In this document: one piece after another, positions 56,084 through 64,000 of the stretch
Numbering within the stretch: the stretch's first letter is position 1
Layout of the letters: each line of letters opens with the position of its first letter
Origin: a virus
Lineage: Duplodnaviria; Heunggongvirae; Uroviricota; Caudoviricetes
Length of the DNA stretch: 64,000 bases
Direction: 5' to 3' (one strand)
IMG/VR virus record: IMGVR_UViG_3300027710_000010
Span: 213,763-277,762 of that record
Notes under the pieces: generated by a model
Databases searched by the model: none
What the model was told of the DNA's origin: nothing
Seen by the model: the letters and a program-made list of their open reading frames with translations, nothing else
Program-made: the position numbers and the translations under genes

Positions 56084-56335
56084 CTATGTATCGATGTCTG
56101 GAGCGGTGCCTGTTTGATCTTGAAGTTTCTTTTGTTTTTTAATTTCATCTAGTTCCATGCGCCACTCTCTAACGTGTTTGCGCCGTAAACTACATAGTCG
56201 CCTAATTTCGCTGAGCCAAAATCGTACTTCGATGGCGGCTCTGCGTGTGCCTCTGTTAAGCCATTTTTGATTTGCTTTAAAATAATTACTAAACGCAGTC
56301 ATTAATTCTGCGTGTAGTTCTTCATCTTGTTGCAT
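56084..56335 (-). CDS. Small basic helical protein, possibly DNA-binding
   Basis: 83 aa; NRGTRRAAIEVRFWLSEIRRLCSLRRK; loose resemblance to short Hc1-like proteins. Confidence 0.5.
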   Translation of the reverse strand: MQQDEELHAELMTAFSNYFKANQKWLNRGTRRAAIEVRFWLSEIRRLCSLRRKHVREWRMELDEIKKQKKLQDQTGTAPDIDT

Positions 56336-56726
56336 CAATTACCCTCTGACGCAGTTCGCTTGTACTAAACGAATGTCTGCGTTTATTAAAATAAAATTCC
56401 ATGGGCAAATCGTGCCCAGTAAATTTTTTGTCTTTATATTCTTCGCCTAATATTCTTATATTGATTGGAAATGAAAGCAGGATATCTTGTAGTTCACGTT
56501 CACTAGCATAAGGAACAATTTGATCTACAAATTTGCAGGCTTTTAACTGTGCCCAACGTTCAAATACACCTTGTACAGGTTTGTTTTTAGTGTTGGGTCT
56601 GTCAATAGTTGGGTCTGTTTGCAAACCAACAATTAAAAACTCACATTGTTTCCTTGCTTCTTCCAGCATCATAACATGCCCAGCATGAAACAAATCAAAA
56701 GTTGAACAAGTAAATCCTATTTTCAT
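56322..56726 (-). CDS. Cytidylyltransferase (TagD/glycerol-3-phosphate cytidylyltransferase-like)
   Basis: TFDLFHAGH (HxGH), LIVGLQTD, KP...ER, STSELR motifs. Confidence 0.9.
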   Translation of the reverse strand: MKIGFTCSTFDLFHAGHVMMLEEARKQCEFLIVGLQTDPTIDRPNTKNKPVQGVFERWAQLKACKFVDQIVPYASERELQDILLSFPINIRILGEEYKDKKFTGHDLPMEFYFNKRRHSFSTSELRQRVIDATR

Positions 56727-58501
56727 TCTACAATCTCGATATCATTAGCATAGCTAGTAAAACCATTTTCTTTGATAACTTTTAACACATTATTAACACG
56801 GCCAATTAATTCGTCTTTGTGTGATATCAAGTAAATGTTCTTATCACGTTCACGAGCCATTTTTTTCAATACTGCAAGTGCGCCTTCAACACCACTGGCA
56901 TCTAATCCATTGTCAATAAGTTCGTCAATAAACAACAAGTTGATATTTTGATATAAACTTTCCCATACATCTCGGAAACTCCAAGACAATCCTAAAATCA
57001 AGCGATTGCGTTCACCACGTGACAAGTTGTCAAAGTCTAAATCCTGTCCTAACTGTGTAATTTCCACAGTGAGGTCATTTTGGAATACAACTGTATGCGG
57101 TAACCCCATGCGGTCAAGATAATAAGTTAGACGGTTGTTCAAGTAGGCCAAATTCTGATCAATAATTTTCTTACGAATAAAACTGTCTTTGCTGGTTAGC
57201 AATTTTAACAAAAATTCTTGATGATCTTTTACTGATGTTAATTCATTAACATGATCCCATGAAATTTCCTGCATAGCAGTATGCTTCAATTCGTCAATTT
57301 GTTCTTGATAAGGGTCAGTTTCTTCAGCACGTTTTACCAACTGATTCTCTAATGTAGTCAAGTTGTTTTGATGCTTTAGTGCTTCTTCAACAGTGTCATA
57401 ATATGTGTTAGGTCTGCCATTAATATCACCGATTACAGACAACTCTGCAACTACTTTAGCCAAGTCAGCAACAACCTTATCGTGATACTTGTTGGCTTCA
57501 GTTATGTTAGCATTAGCTGTGGCAGATAATTCCTCGTGTTTATGGTCATGTAGTGCTTGTTCACAAGCATGGCAAGTCTTGCTATCTAGGGCTAAGAGCT
57601 CGCTAGCGTATTTTTTTACGCTACGCTCTGCTTGTGCCATTGCACTTTCCAGAGTCGCTCGTTCTTTGTTTAAACTTTTTATCTTAGATGCTTGCTCATC
57701 GTAGACTTTTAACTTGGCATGCTGATCTAGTTCGTTATTAATGTCTACACTTTGTAGTTCATCAATAGCCGCAGTAATTTTATCTAAATCAAGTCGTTGT
57801 TGATTGTACCAAGCAGTTTGTCTAGTTATTAAGCTGTCAACACTTTGTTGAATCTTATCATTAGATTTCTTAGACGCTTCAATGTTAGCACTTTCCTGCG
57901 TAATTTCTTCTTTTGTAATACGGATCAGTTCTTTAAGTGCTTCGGACTTTTCACTTAACAGTGTAATGCCCAACAACTGCTCGATAATAACACGCTGATC
58001 ATTCGCTCTCATGCTTAAGAACGGCTCAGTGTAAGTGTTGAGCGCAAGGATATGTTTGAACATGTCATGACTCATGCCCAAAAGTTCGTCTAAGTCCTTT
58101 TGAGTCTCACGCATGTCGCCCTGTGCGTCATCACTTTCGTCTGTGTCTTGCTCTACATCGTTAACATAAAATTTAAGAACATTCGGTCGACGACCACGTT
58201 CAATCCTATAACTAACTCCGTCTTTATCAAAACTCAACGTGACCAACATGCCTTTGCCATTGATCTTATTGATTAAATTATCTTTCTTAATGTTAGTCAA
58301 AGCAACACCGTACATTGCATAACTCAATGCATTAACGATTGTAGTTTTACCCGTGCCGTTACGACTGCCATTGTCATCGCCGCCTTGGTCTAAATTTTCA
58401 CCCAAGACTAACGTTAAATGCTGTTTGCCGAAATCAACTGCTTGAGTTTGGTTGCCCACACTCATGAAGTTTTTTACGGTCAAATCTTTAATTTTTATCA
58501 T
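56723..58501 (-). CDS. gp46: Recombination nuclease ATPase subunit (T4 gp46/Rad50/SbcC-like)
   Basis: KNFMSVGN, Walker A NGTGKTT, CHAC zinc hook, LSRGE signature, LLFIDE Walker B, ISH. Confidence 0.95.
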   Translation of the reverse strand: MIKIKDLTVKNFMSVGNQTQAVDFGKQHLTLVLGENLDQGGDDNGSRNGTGKTTIVNALSYAMYGVALTNIKKDNLINKINGKGMLVTLSFDKDGVSYRIERGRRPNVLKFYVNDVEQDTDESDDAQGDMRETQKDLDELLGMSHDMFKHILALNTYTEPFLSMRANDQRVIIEQLLGITLLSEKSEALKELIRITKEEITQESANIEASKKSNDKIQQSVDSLITRQTAWYNQQRLDLDKITAAIDELQSVDINNELDQHAKLKVYDEQASKIKSLNKERATLESAMAQAERSVKKYASELLALDSKTCHACEQALHDHKHEELSATANANITEANKYHDKVVADLAKVVAELSVIGDINGRPNTYYDTVEEALKHQNNLTTLENQLVKRAEETDPYQEQIDELKHTAMQEISWDHVNELTSVKDHQEFLLKLLTSKDSFIRKKIIDQNLAYLNNRLTYYLDRMGLPHTVVFQNDLTVEITQLGQDLDFDNLSRGERNRLILGLSWSFRDVWESLYQNINLLFIDELIDNGLDASGVEGALAVLKKMARERDKNIYLISHKDELIGRVNNVLKVIKENGFTSYANDIEIVE

Positions 58502-59511
58502 AGGCTATTATAAATTTCCAGTAGCGTCTTTGCGCTAAATTTGTCACTTTCAATGCTTACAAGCTGATTGCTGACAATTTGGTCAACGCTTTCAAATGCT
58601 TGTACATCAATGCTAGTGTTAATCTCTACATCTTTTTTCTCAGGAATTAACGTCAATTCTCTAATATCGTAATCACCTAAGAATTTTTCTTTAATAAAAC
58701 TTGCTTCTTCATAACTGATGTCAATGTCTAGTGTAACACGAAGATGTTGCTTGGGCAAGATTAATGTTTCCGCTTCGTCGATCAGTTGGCTTAATTTTAC
58801 AGTACGGAACGTGGGTTGTCCAGGCCAGCTGTGATATTCTGGCTCACCGTCCCACTCTAAAATCATCATGCCACGTTCATCATCCCATGCATCTGCATAG
58901 TTGTGCGGAAATGCATTGCCAATATAAATCATATTGTCTTTTTGTTGACGCTTGTGAAAGTGTCCGCTAAATCCAAGTTCATAAGATTTGAAAGCATCTG
59001 CTTTGAGTTCACCATGATCTGGCATCTGCACCATAGCATTCATAAAAAAGCTAGGCAATTCAAAATGCCCAAAGATATACTTGCCGCCTTTTTTGCCTAT
59101 TGTTTTCCACTCATCACCTACCAGCCACGGACAGAGAGTAACCTGACCAATAGTAGTGGGCTCATGAACAACAGTAATCCCAGGAATATACTTTCCGAAC
59201 TCGACGGAATGAATATCCCGTTTATCTTTGTAATATAAATCATGATTGCCAGGGAAAAAGTAAAATTGATCGAAAGCCTTACCCAGCTTTTCCAAGGCCC
59301 TAAGACTATAGTCCATAGTAGTGATATTAAGACTATTGCGATTGTGATGCCAATCCCCCATAAATATTCCAGTATCACACCCTTCCTCCTTTGCTTTTGC
59401 AATGTACCAGTCAATGAATTCTTCACAATCTTTATTGTGAACACTGCTGTTAGATTTTAAACCAAAATGTATGTCTGTAAAACAGGCAACTTTCTTAAAA
59501 AGATTACTCAT
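58498..59511 (-). CDS. gp47: Recombination nuclease subunit (T4 gp47/Mre11/SbcD-like)
   Basis: TDIHFG, GDWHH, GNHD, GHFE, SGHFH metallophosphoesterase motifs; likely start ATG 59511. Confidence 0.95.
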   Translation of the reverse strand: MSNLFKKVACFTDIHFGLKSNSSVHNKDCEEFIDWYIAKAKEEGCDTGIFMGDWHHNRNSLNITTMDYSLRALEKLGKAFDQFYFFPGNHDLYYKDKRDIHSVEFGKYIPGITVVHEPTTIGQVTLCPWLVGDEWKTIGKKGGKYIFGHFELPSFFMNAMVQMPDHGELKADAFKSYELGFSGHFHKRQQKDNMIYIGNAFPHNYADAWDDERGMMILEWDGEPEYHSWPGQPTFRTVKLSQLIDEAETLILPKQHLRVTLDIDISYEEASFIKEKFLGDYDIRELTLIPEKKDVEINTSIDVQAFESVDQIVSNQLVSIESDKFSAKTLLEIYNSL

Positions 59512-60349
59512 GCGGTGTACTCTCGTCAAAACGTTTTATAGCGGCGGCATGCTCTCCGGCGCCAGTCCTACTGTAACTTGGATTCATGCCATTCATTTCC
59601 AGCATGTCGTCTCTAATGTTTTGGTTACGTTTTTCAATGTTGATAATGCGTACAAAACTATTAGTAACTGCCGCTGTAAAGTAGGCAAACGGATTATTAC
59701 TTTTTGCCTCATTGAATTGCAAGCCAATTTGAGTTAATTGTAAAATTGCCTGCGCTCGCATTTCATCGTTGTATGTGTAGCCACGAACGTTGCCCCTAGT
59801 AGCATATCGTTCACACAGCTTAATATACATTCGAGCCAATTTATCTGTAATTTGACCGTGGTCTTTGTTGAATTTGCCCTTAGCAACAGTGCCCTGCCAA
59901 TGGCTCTTTCCCACACAGATAAGTTCGTCATTCTCATCAAATTTCCAGTGTTGAAACGGCGGAAAGTTGACCTTATCTCTATGATCTGCTAGGCTTTTTG
60001 GATTCTTTTTGCGTGTGCTGTTAAGCGGAATATGGTCAAACGTCATAATTCTAAAGACCAAATCCAACTTAGTGATCTTTTTGTAGTCTACTTCACAGTC
60101 GGCTTGTTTGACTTTTTCGCCTTCTCTTTTGCGTCTTGCATACTCGGCATCGCCGATGCGTTTGGCTTGATTACGTTTGGCTTCTGCAATAGTGCGTATG
60201 TTAATTTTATCTACACTTGGCAAAATTAAATCATATTGGTGATATTCTGGCTGTGTGTAGCTTGAGTAAGTATTTTTGGACTTGTGTATCTCTTCCAGTA
60301 AGTCTTTGTTGTTTAAGTAATTTACTTTCGTTGTTGTTGTAATTGTCAT
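59504..60349 (-). CDS. gp55: Late-transcription sigma factor (T4 gp55-like)
   Basis: NYLNNKDLL...RGYTYNDEM...F..AKSNNPFAYFT....NSFVRII..EK motifs; gp55-gp47-gp46 synteny. Confidence 0.85.
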   Translation of the reverse strand: MTITTTTKVNYLNNKDLLEEIHKSKNTYSSYTQPEYHQYDLILPSVDKINIRTIAEAKRNQAKRIGDAEYARRKREGEKVKQADCEVDYKKITKLDLVFRIMTFDHIPLNSTRKKNPKSLADHRDKVNFPPFQHWKFDENDELICVGKSHWQGTVAKGKFNKDHGQITDKLARMYIKLCERYATRGNVRGYTYNDEMRAQAILQLTQIGLQFNEAKSNNPFAYFTAAVTNSFVRIINIEKRNQNIRDDMLEMNGMNPSYSRTGAGEHAAAIKRFDESTPHE

Positions 60350-60371
60350 CGATTGGGTCCTATATAGTAAT

Positions 60372-60400
60372 ATTATAAACTACGCACATAATTTTGTCAA
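60372..60400 (-). promoter_or_regulatory. Perfect sigma70 promoter for the gp55-gp47-gp46 operon
   Basis: TTGACA (60400-60395), 17 nt spacer, TATAAT (60377-60372). Confidence 0.9.
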
Positions 60401-60407
60401 CTAAATA
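60400..60407 (+). promoter_or_regulatory. Late promoter ACTAAATA for the baseplate operon
   Basis: TAAATA core upstream of an AGGAGA RBS; back to back with the sigma70 -35 box. Confidence 0.6.
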
Positions 60408-60426
60408 TAGACATAGGAGATAGAAA

Positions 60427-61413
60427 ATGGCAGATTTTAATGTAGCAGGTGCTGTGTCAGGTGTTCAATCTGCGTTAGGTACTGCGGCCGGAGTGTTGAA
60501 TACTGCGGCTAACCTAGGTGCGGCGCTTAACAGTAATTTATCGAATCCAGCCAGACTACTCAGCTCAATTCGAAGTATTAACTTACCTGTGGGCGGAGAA
60601 GCAATTGGATCAATTATCAATGCAGCCGCATCATTTGGCGGTACTGATAATACAGATGACTGGAGAGCAAGACTAAGCATGCCAACTGGCAGTTTCTTTG
60701 ATAGAAGTCCTATTTTACAGCCACTAATTAATGCAGGCGGATTAATTTTTCCATACACTCCTACTATCTCAATTAACAGCACTGCTACTTACGGAGAGAT
60801 TCCAGTAACACATCAGAACTATCAATTCCAAGCATATCAAAATAGCAGAGTAAGTGACATTCAAATTACTGGCGAGTTCAACGTTGAAGATGCTGTGCAG
60901 GCAAAATACTGGATTGCCGCAGTACACTTTTTAAGATCAGTGACAAAAATGTTTACAGGTGATACAGCGTTCCAAGGTAATCCTCCTCCAATCTTAAATT
61001 TTAGTGCTTACGGTGATCATGTGTTTAGAAACGTGCCCGTAGTTGTAAAAAGTTTTAGCATGACACTGCCTAAAGATGTACAGTATATCAGTACAAACGT
61101 AGCAGGTGGCGGCGGCGGCCTTAATGACATTTCACAAACTGCTGGACAACTAGCAGGAGTCGCTGGCGCTTTTGGATTAGGCAGTGCGGCTCAGTCATTG
61201 GGGCAGATTGGCGCAGTTGCTGGCGCTGCCAGCACACTGACTAATTTATTCAGTGGAGTTGCTGGCGGGCAAGGCACACCGAGAGACAGCCATGTGCCCG
61301 TCAAGAGTGATTTAACAATTACCATAATGCCAATTTACAGTAAAGAAGCTGTAAGACAGTTTAGTCTACAGCGTTTTGTTAACGGTGATTATGTAAGTAG
61401 AGGGTATGTATAA
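60427..61413 (+). CDS. Baseplate/tail-tube initiator protein (gp48/gp54-like)
   Basis: LIFPYTP, GNPPPILNFSAYG..VF.NVPVVVKSFSMTLP motif; upstream of a gp53-like gene. Confidence 0.65.
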   Translation: MADFNVAGAVSGVQSALGTAAGVLNTAANLGAALNSNLSNPARLLSSIRSINLPVGGEAIGSIINAAASFGGTDNTDDWRARLSMPTGSFFDRSPILQPLINAGGLIFPYTPTISINSTATYGEIPVTHQNYQFQAYQNSRVSDIQITGEFNVEDAVQAKYWIAAVHFLRSVTKMFTGDTAFQGNPPPILNFSAYGDHVFRNVPVVVKSFSMTLPKDVQYISTNVAGGGGGLNDISQTAGQLAGVAGAFGLGSAAQSLGQIGAVAGAASTLTNLFSGVAGGQGTPRDSHVPVKSDLTITIMPIYSKEAVRQFSLQRFVNGDYVSRGYV

Positions 61414-61718
61414 TGACAGCAAAATACACTAACACCAGTCCATGGTTTAAGACTAGTATTACTAAAAACAGTTACTTAGATGTGTTAACTATTAGACCAG
61501 TTAGTTCAGAAGCTGACGATTTTCTTTATACAATAGAATCTCAATATACATATAGGCCTGACTTATTAGCGTACGACTTGTATGAAGACTCAAGCCTGTG
61601 GTGGGTTTTTATGCAAAGAAATTTAGATGTATTACAAGATCCTATTTGGGACTTTGTTCCTGGAACACAAATTTATTTGCCTAAAAATGGCAGTCTAAAA
61701 CAAGTATTAGGAAATTAA
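61413..61718 (+). CDS. Baseplate wedge protein (T4 gp53-like, LysM-like)
   Basis: RPDLLAYDLYEDSSLWWVF...N...PGTQIYLP. Confidence 0.85.
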   Translation: MTAKYTNTSPWFKTSITKNSYLDVLTIRPVSSEADDFLYTIESQYTYRPDLLAYDLYEDSSLWWVFMQRNLDVLQDPIWDFVPGTQIYLPKNGSLKQVLGN

Positions 61719-61721
61719 GTT

Positions 61722-64000
61722 ATGGCGTTTGATATCACATCCGCTGCCACCACAGCTACCTCGACGGTTAAAAATGCACTTAACAGTTCAGGAGTTGTTT
61801 CTGGACTACAGCAGGCAGGCGCATCATTAGACAGTTTAAAAAATGCTGCCGTTTCGGGTGTGACAAACTTAGCTGGTTCTTTAACCAACTCTATTCCTGG
61901 TCAGTTAAAATCTGCAATAGATGCAATTCCAAAAATTGCTGATCTTAATATTGAAAAATTATTACAGTCTGCGAAGAGTGTAGTCAACGTTTCAGGTACT
62001 CCTCCGTTTGCTAATGTTTTGCACAATTTTGCCAGTTACAATTATTTGTGGACATTAAGTGTGCTAAGTCCACAAGACTTAAATTTTCCTGATGATAGTT
62101 ATAGAAAAGGAAAATTAGGCCCAATTATTTTACAGAGCGGCAGTGGCAATCCTAATGACAGGATCAGCACAGTATATAGAAGTCCAGATAATCCAGCTGG
62201 CAAGTTTGATTATTTTATGGAAAACGTTCGTATCAGTGGTATGATTGGTATGGACAAGACAACAGGGAACACAAACGCTACAGGTATCACTTTTGATATT
62301 GTTGAACCATATAGCATGGGCTTGTTTTTCCAGTCATTACAAATCGCCGCACTAGAATCGAATTACGCAAACTATATTGATTGTCCGTTATTGTTAAGAT
62401 TGGAATTTAAAGGTCACCTTGATCAGTATAAACAAAATGTACAAATTCCCGGAACAACAAAATACTTTCCTTTAAAAATTAGAAACATTACTATGCGTGT
62501 TAGTGGCAATGGAAGTGTGTATACTTGTGAAGCTATTCCTTGGAATGAAAAAGCGCACAACACAACTTACAGTCAAATTAAAACTGAAATTACTGTTTCT
62601 GGATCCACTGTTCAAGAAATGATTCAAACAGGTGCTAAAAGTTTACAAAAAGTTGTTAATGATAGATATCAAGAATCAGTAAAACGTAAAGACGTTGAAG
62701 TTCCAGATCAAATTTTAATTTTATTCCCTTCAGATTTAAAAACTAGTGATGCGAAATCATCTACAGATGATTCAAGCTCACCTGCGACAGCTACACAAAA
62801 CCCCAATGAAAAAACTGCAAATACTAGTGTGTTTAATCGTTTAGGGGTTGCTCGTAGTTCTGATGGATTTAACCTTGTACAAAATGACAACATAAATCCT
62901 GTTGGAATTTCCAGCATGGGATTTAACGAGTACAGAAAAGGCGATCCTGCATTTGGTAAAGACAACGCAGTTTATGATGAAAAGACTGGCACATACAAAC
63001 GCGGTAATATCACAATTAGTAAAACGTCCAGTGAAGCTAGATTTAATCAAGGTACTGACATTCCTAACGTAATTAACCAGGTTATTTTATCTAGCGATTA
63101 CGGACGTCAAGCACTAGATCCTGACAAAATTGACGATGCAGGATTTATTAATTGGTGGAGAATTGACACACAAGTCTATATGTTAGACACTGATGCTAAC
63201 ATAGCTAAAACAGGTAGAAAACCAAACTTAGTTGTATATCGTGTAGTACCACATAAAATTCATCACAGTAAATTTATGGCTCCTAATTCAGCAGCCAAAG
63301 GCACTGAGAAACTTAAATTACAGTCATTAAAAGAATACAATTATTTGTATACAAGTAAAAATTTAGATATTATTAATTTTAACATTGAATTTAATGCGGC
63401 ATTTTATACAGCATTAACCGCTGACAGTGGCAAAAACAACCAAGGTGTTGTGAGGGCCGCTGAAACAGGTCGAGCAGCGGCAGACACAACTACACCTAAT
63501 GATAAAGTTAGTGGAAGAACTGACAGCGTTGGAACTGGCCAAGGTGCGATTGAATTAGGCACAGTACCAACAGTTGCAGAAAACGATAAAATTAAAACTC
63601 GTAGTGGCGGTAAGGGTGGCGCAGGATCAGACGATCCTGGCACAATGGCGGCAAGGCAATTTCATGATGCTATTACTGAAGGCAGTGATATGGTTCAATT
63701 AGATATGGAAATTATGGGAGATCCTTTTTACTTAGGCGACAGCGGCATGGGCAACTACTCTGCTCAAGCAACTAACTTAAAAGGTCTAAATTCAGATGGC
63801 GGCATCAATTATCAAGACGGCGAAGTTTACATTAATGTCAAGTTTAGAAACCCGGTTGATATAAGTAGATCAACTGGACGCTATGACTTTCCTAGTGGAA
63901 CATTGGTCCCACAATTTAGTGGATTGTATAGAGTAACTAAAGTTGAAAATAATTTCAAAACAGGTAAATTCACACAAACATTGTCATTAACTAGAATGGT
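61722..64000 (+). CDS. Large baseplate hub/tail protein, runs off the window edge (not in ORF track)
   Basis: ATG at 61722: MAFDITSAATT...NVLHNFASYNYLWTL...FDIVEPYSMGLF...LLRLEFKG; near the end IMGDPFYL and FSGLYRVTKVEN.F..GKFTQTLSL, typical of gp27/GpD-like hubs; N-terminus translated by hand, interior not fully checked. Confidence 0.7.
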   Translation, partial: MAFDITSAATTATSTVKNALNSSGVVSGLQQAGASLDSLKNAAVSGVTNLAGSLTNSIPGQLKSAIDAIPKIADLNIEKLLQSAKSVVNVSGTPPFANVLHNFASYNYLWTLSVLSPQDLNFPDDSYRKGKLGPIILQSGSGNPNDRISTVYRSPDNPAGKFDYFMENVRISGMIGMDKTTGNTNATGITFDIVEPYSMGLFFQSLQIAALESNYANYIDCPLLLRLEFKGHLDQYKQNVQIPGTTKYFPLKIRNITMRVSGNGSVYTCEAIPWNEKAHNTTYSQIKTEITVSGSTVQEMIQTGAKSLQKVVNDRYQESVKRKDVEVPDQILILFPSDLKTSDAKSSTDDSSSPATATQNPNEKTANTSVFNRLGVARSSDGFNLVQNDNINPVGISSMGFNEYRKGDPAFGKDNAVYDEKTGTYKRGNITISKTSSEARFNQGTDIPNVINQVILSSDYGRQALDPDKIDDAGFINWWRIDTQVYMLDTDANIAKTGRKPNLVVYRVVPHKIHHSKFMAPNSAAKGTEKLKLQSLKEYNYLYTSKNLDIINFNIEFNAAFYTALTADSGKNNQGVVRAAETGRAAADTTTPNDKVSGRTDSVGTGQGAIELGTVPTVAENDKIKTRSGGKGGAGSDDPGTMAARQFHDAITEGSDMVQLDMEIMGDPFYLGDSGMGNYSAQATNLKGLNSDGGINYQDGEVYINVKFRNPVDISRSTGRYDFPSGTLVPQFSGLYRVTKVENNFKTGKFTQTLSLTRM

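Noticed and set aside
1-64000. Alternative genetic code (stop-codon reassignment)
   Set aside because: Core genes are full length and tightly packed under the standard code; TAA, TGA and TAG all appear as terminators

Overview
This window is part of a large T4-like (contractile-tailed) dsDNA phage genome, read with the standard genetic code. Bases 1-43.8 kb (minus strand) are an unusually large block of fibre/adhesin genes directly downstream of the major capsid gene. It contains three paralogous cassettes of [small partner protein -> ~1,100-1,200 aa beta-helix spike -> glycine-rich/LamG tip proteins], with at least 14 copies of one polyglycine domain, plus a 2,266 aa repetitive fibre. Bases 44.3-50.8 kb are the T4-type head module (gp23, gp22, gp21, core proteins, gp20). 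Next come a putative tape measure gene, a divergent gp26-like/gp51-like pair, a ~490 nt densely structured non-coding region beside a GIY-YIG nuclease, a sigma70-driven gp55-gp47-gp46 operon and the start of the baseplate module. Many T4-late-type TAAATA promoters are visible. Best leads: (1) the structured, pseudoknot-containing non-coding element at 55.17-55.65 kb; (2) a likely programmed -1 frameshift fusing the gp26-like and gp51-like ORFs; (3) a combinatorial rule set for fibre assembly, with split anchor motifs and nested domain insertions; (4) a T4-style hairpin that hides an RBS/ATG and overlaps a late promoter. All product calls come from motif recognition by eye; no database search or RNA folding was run.
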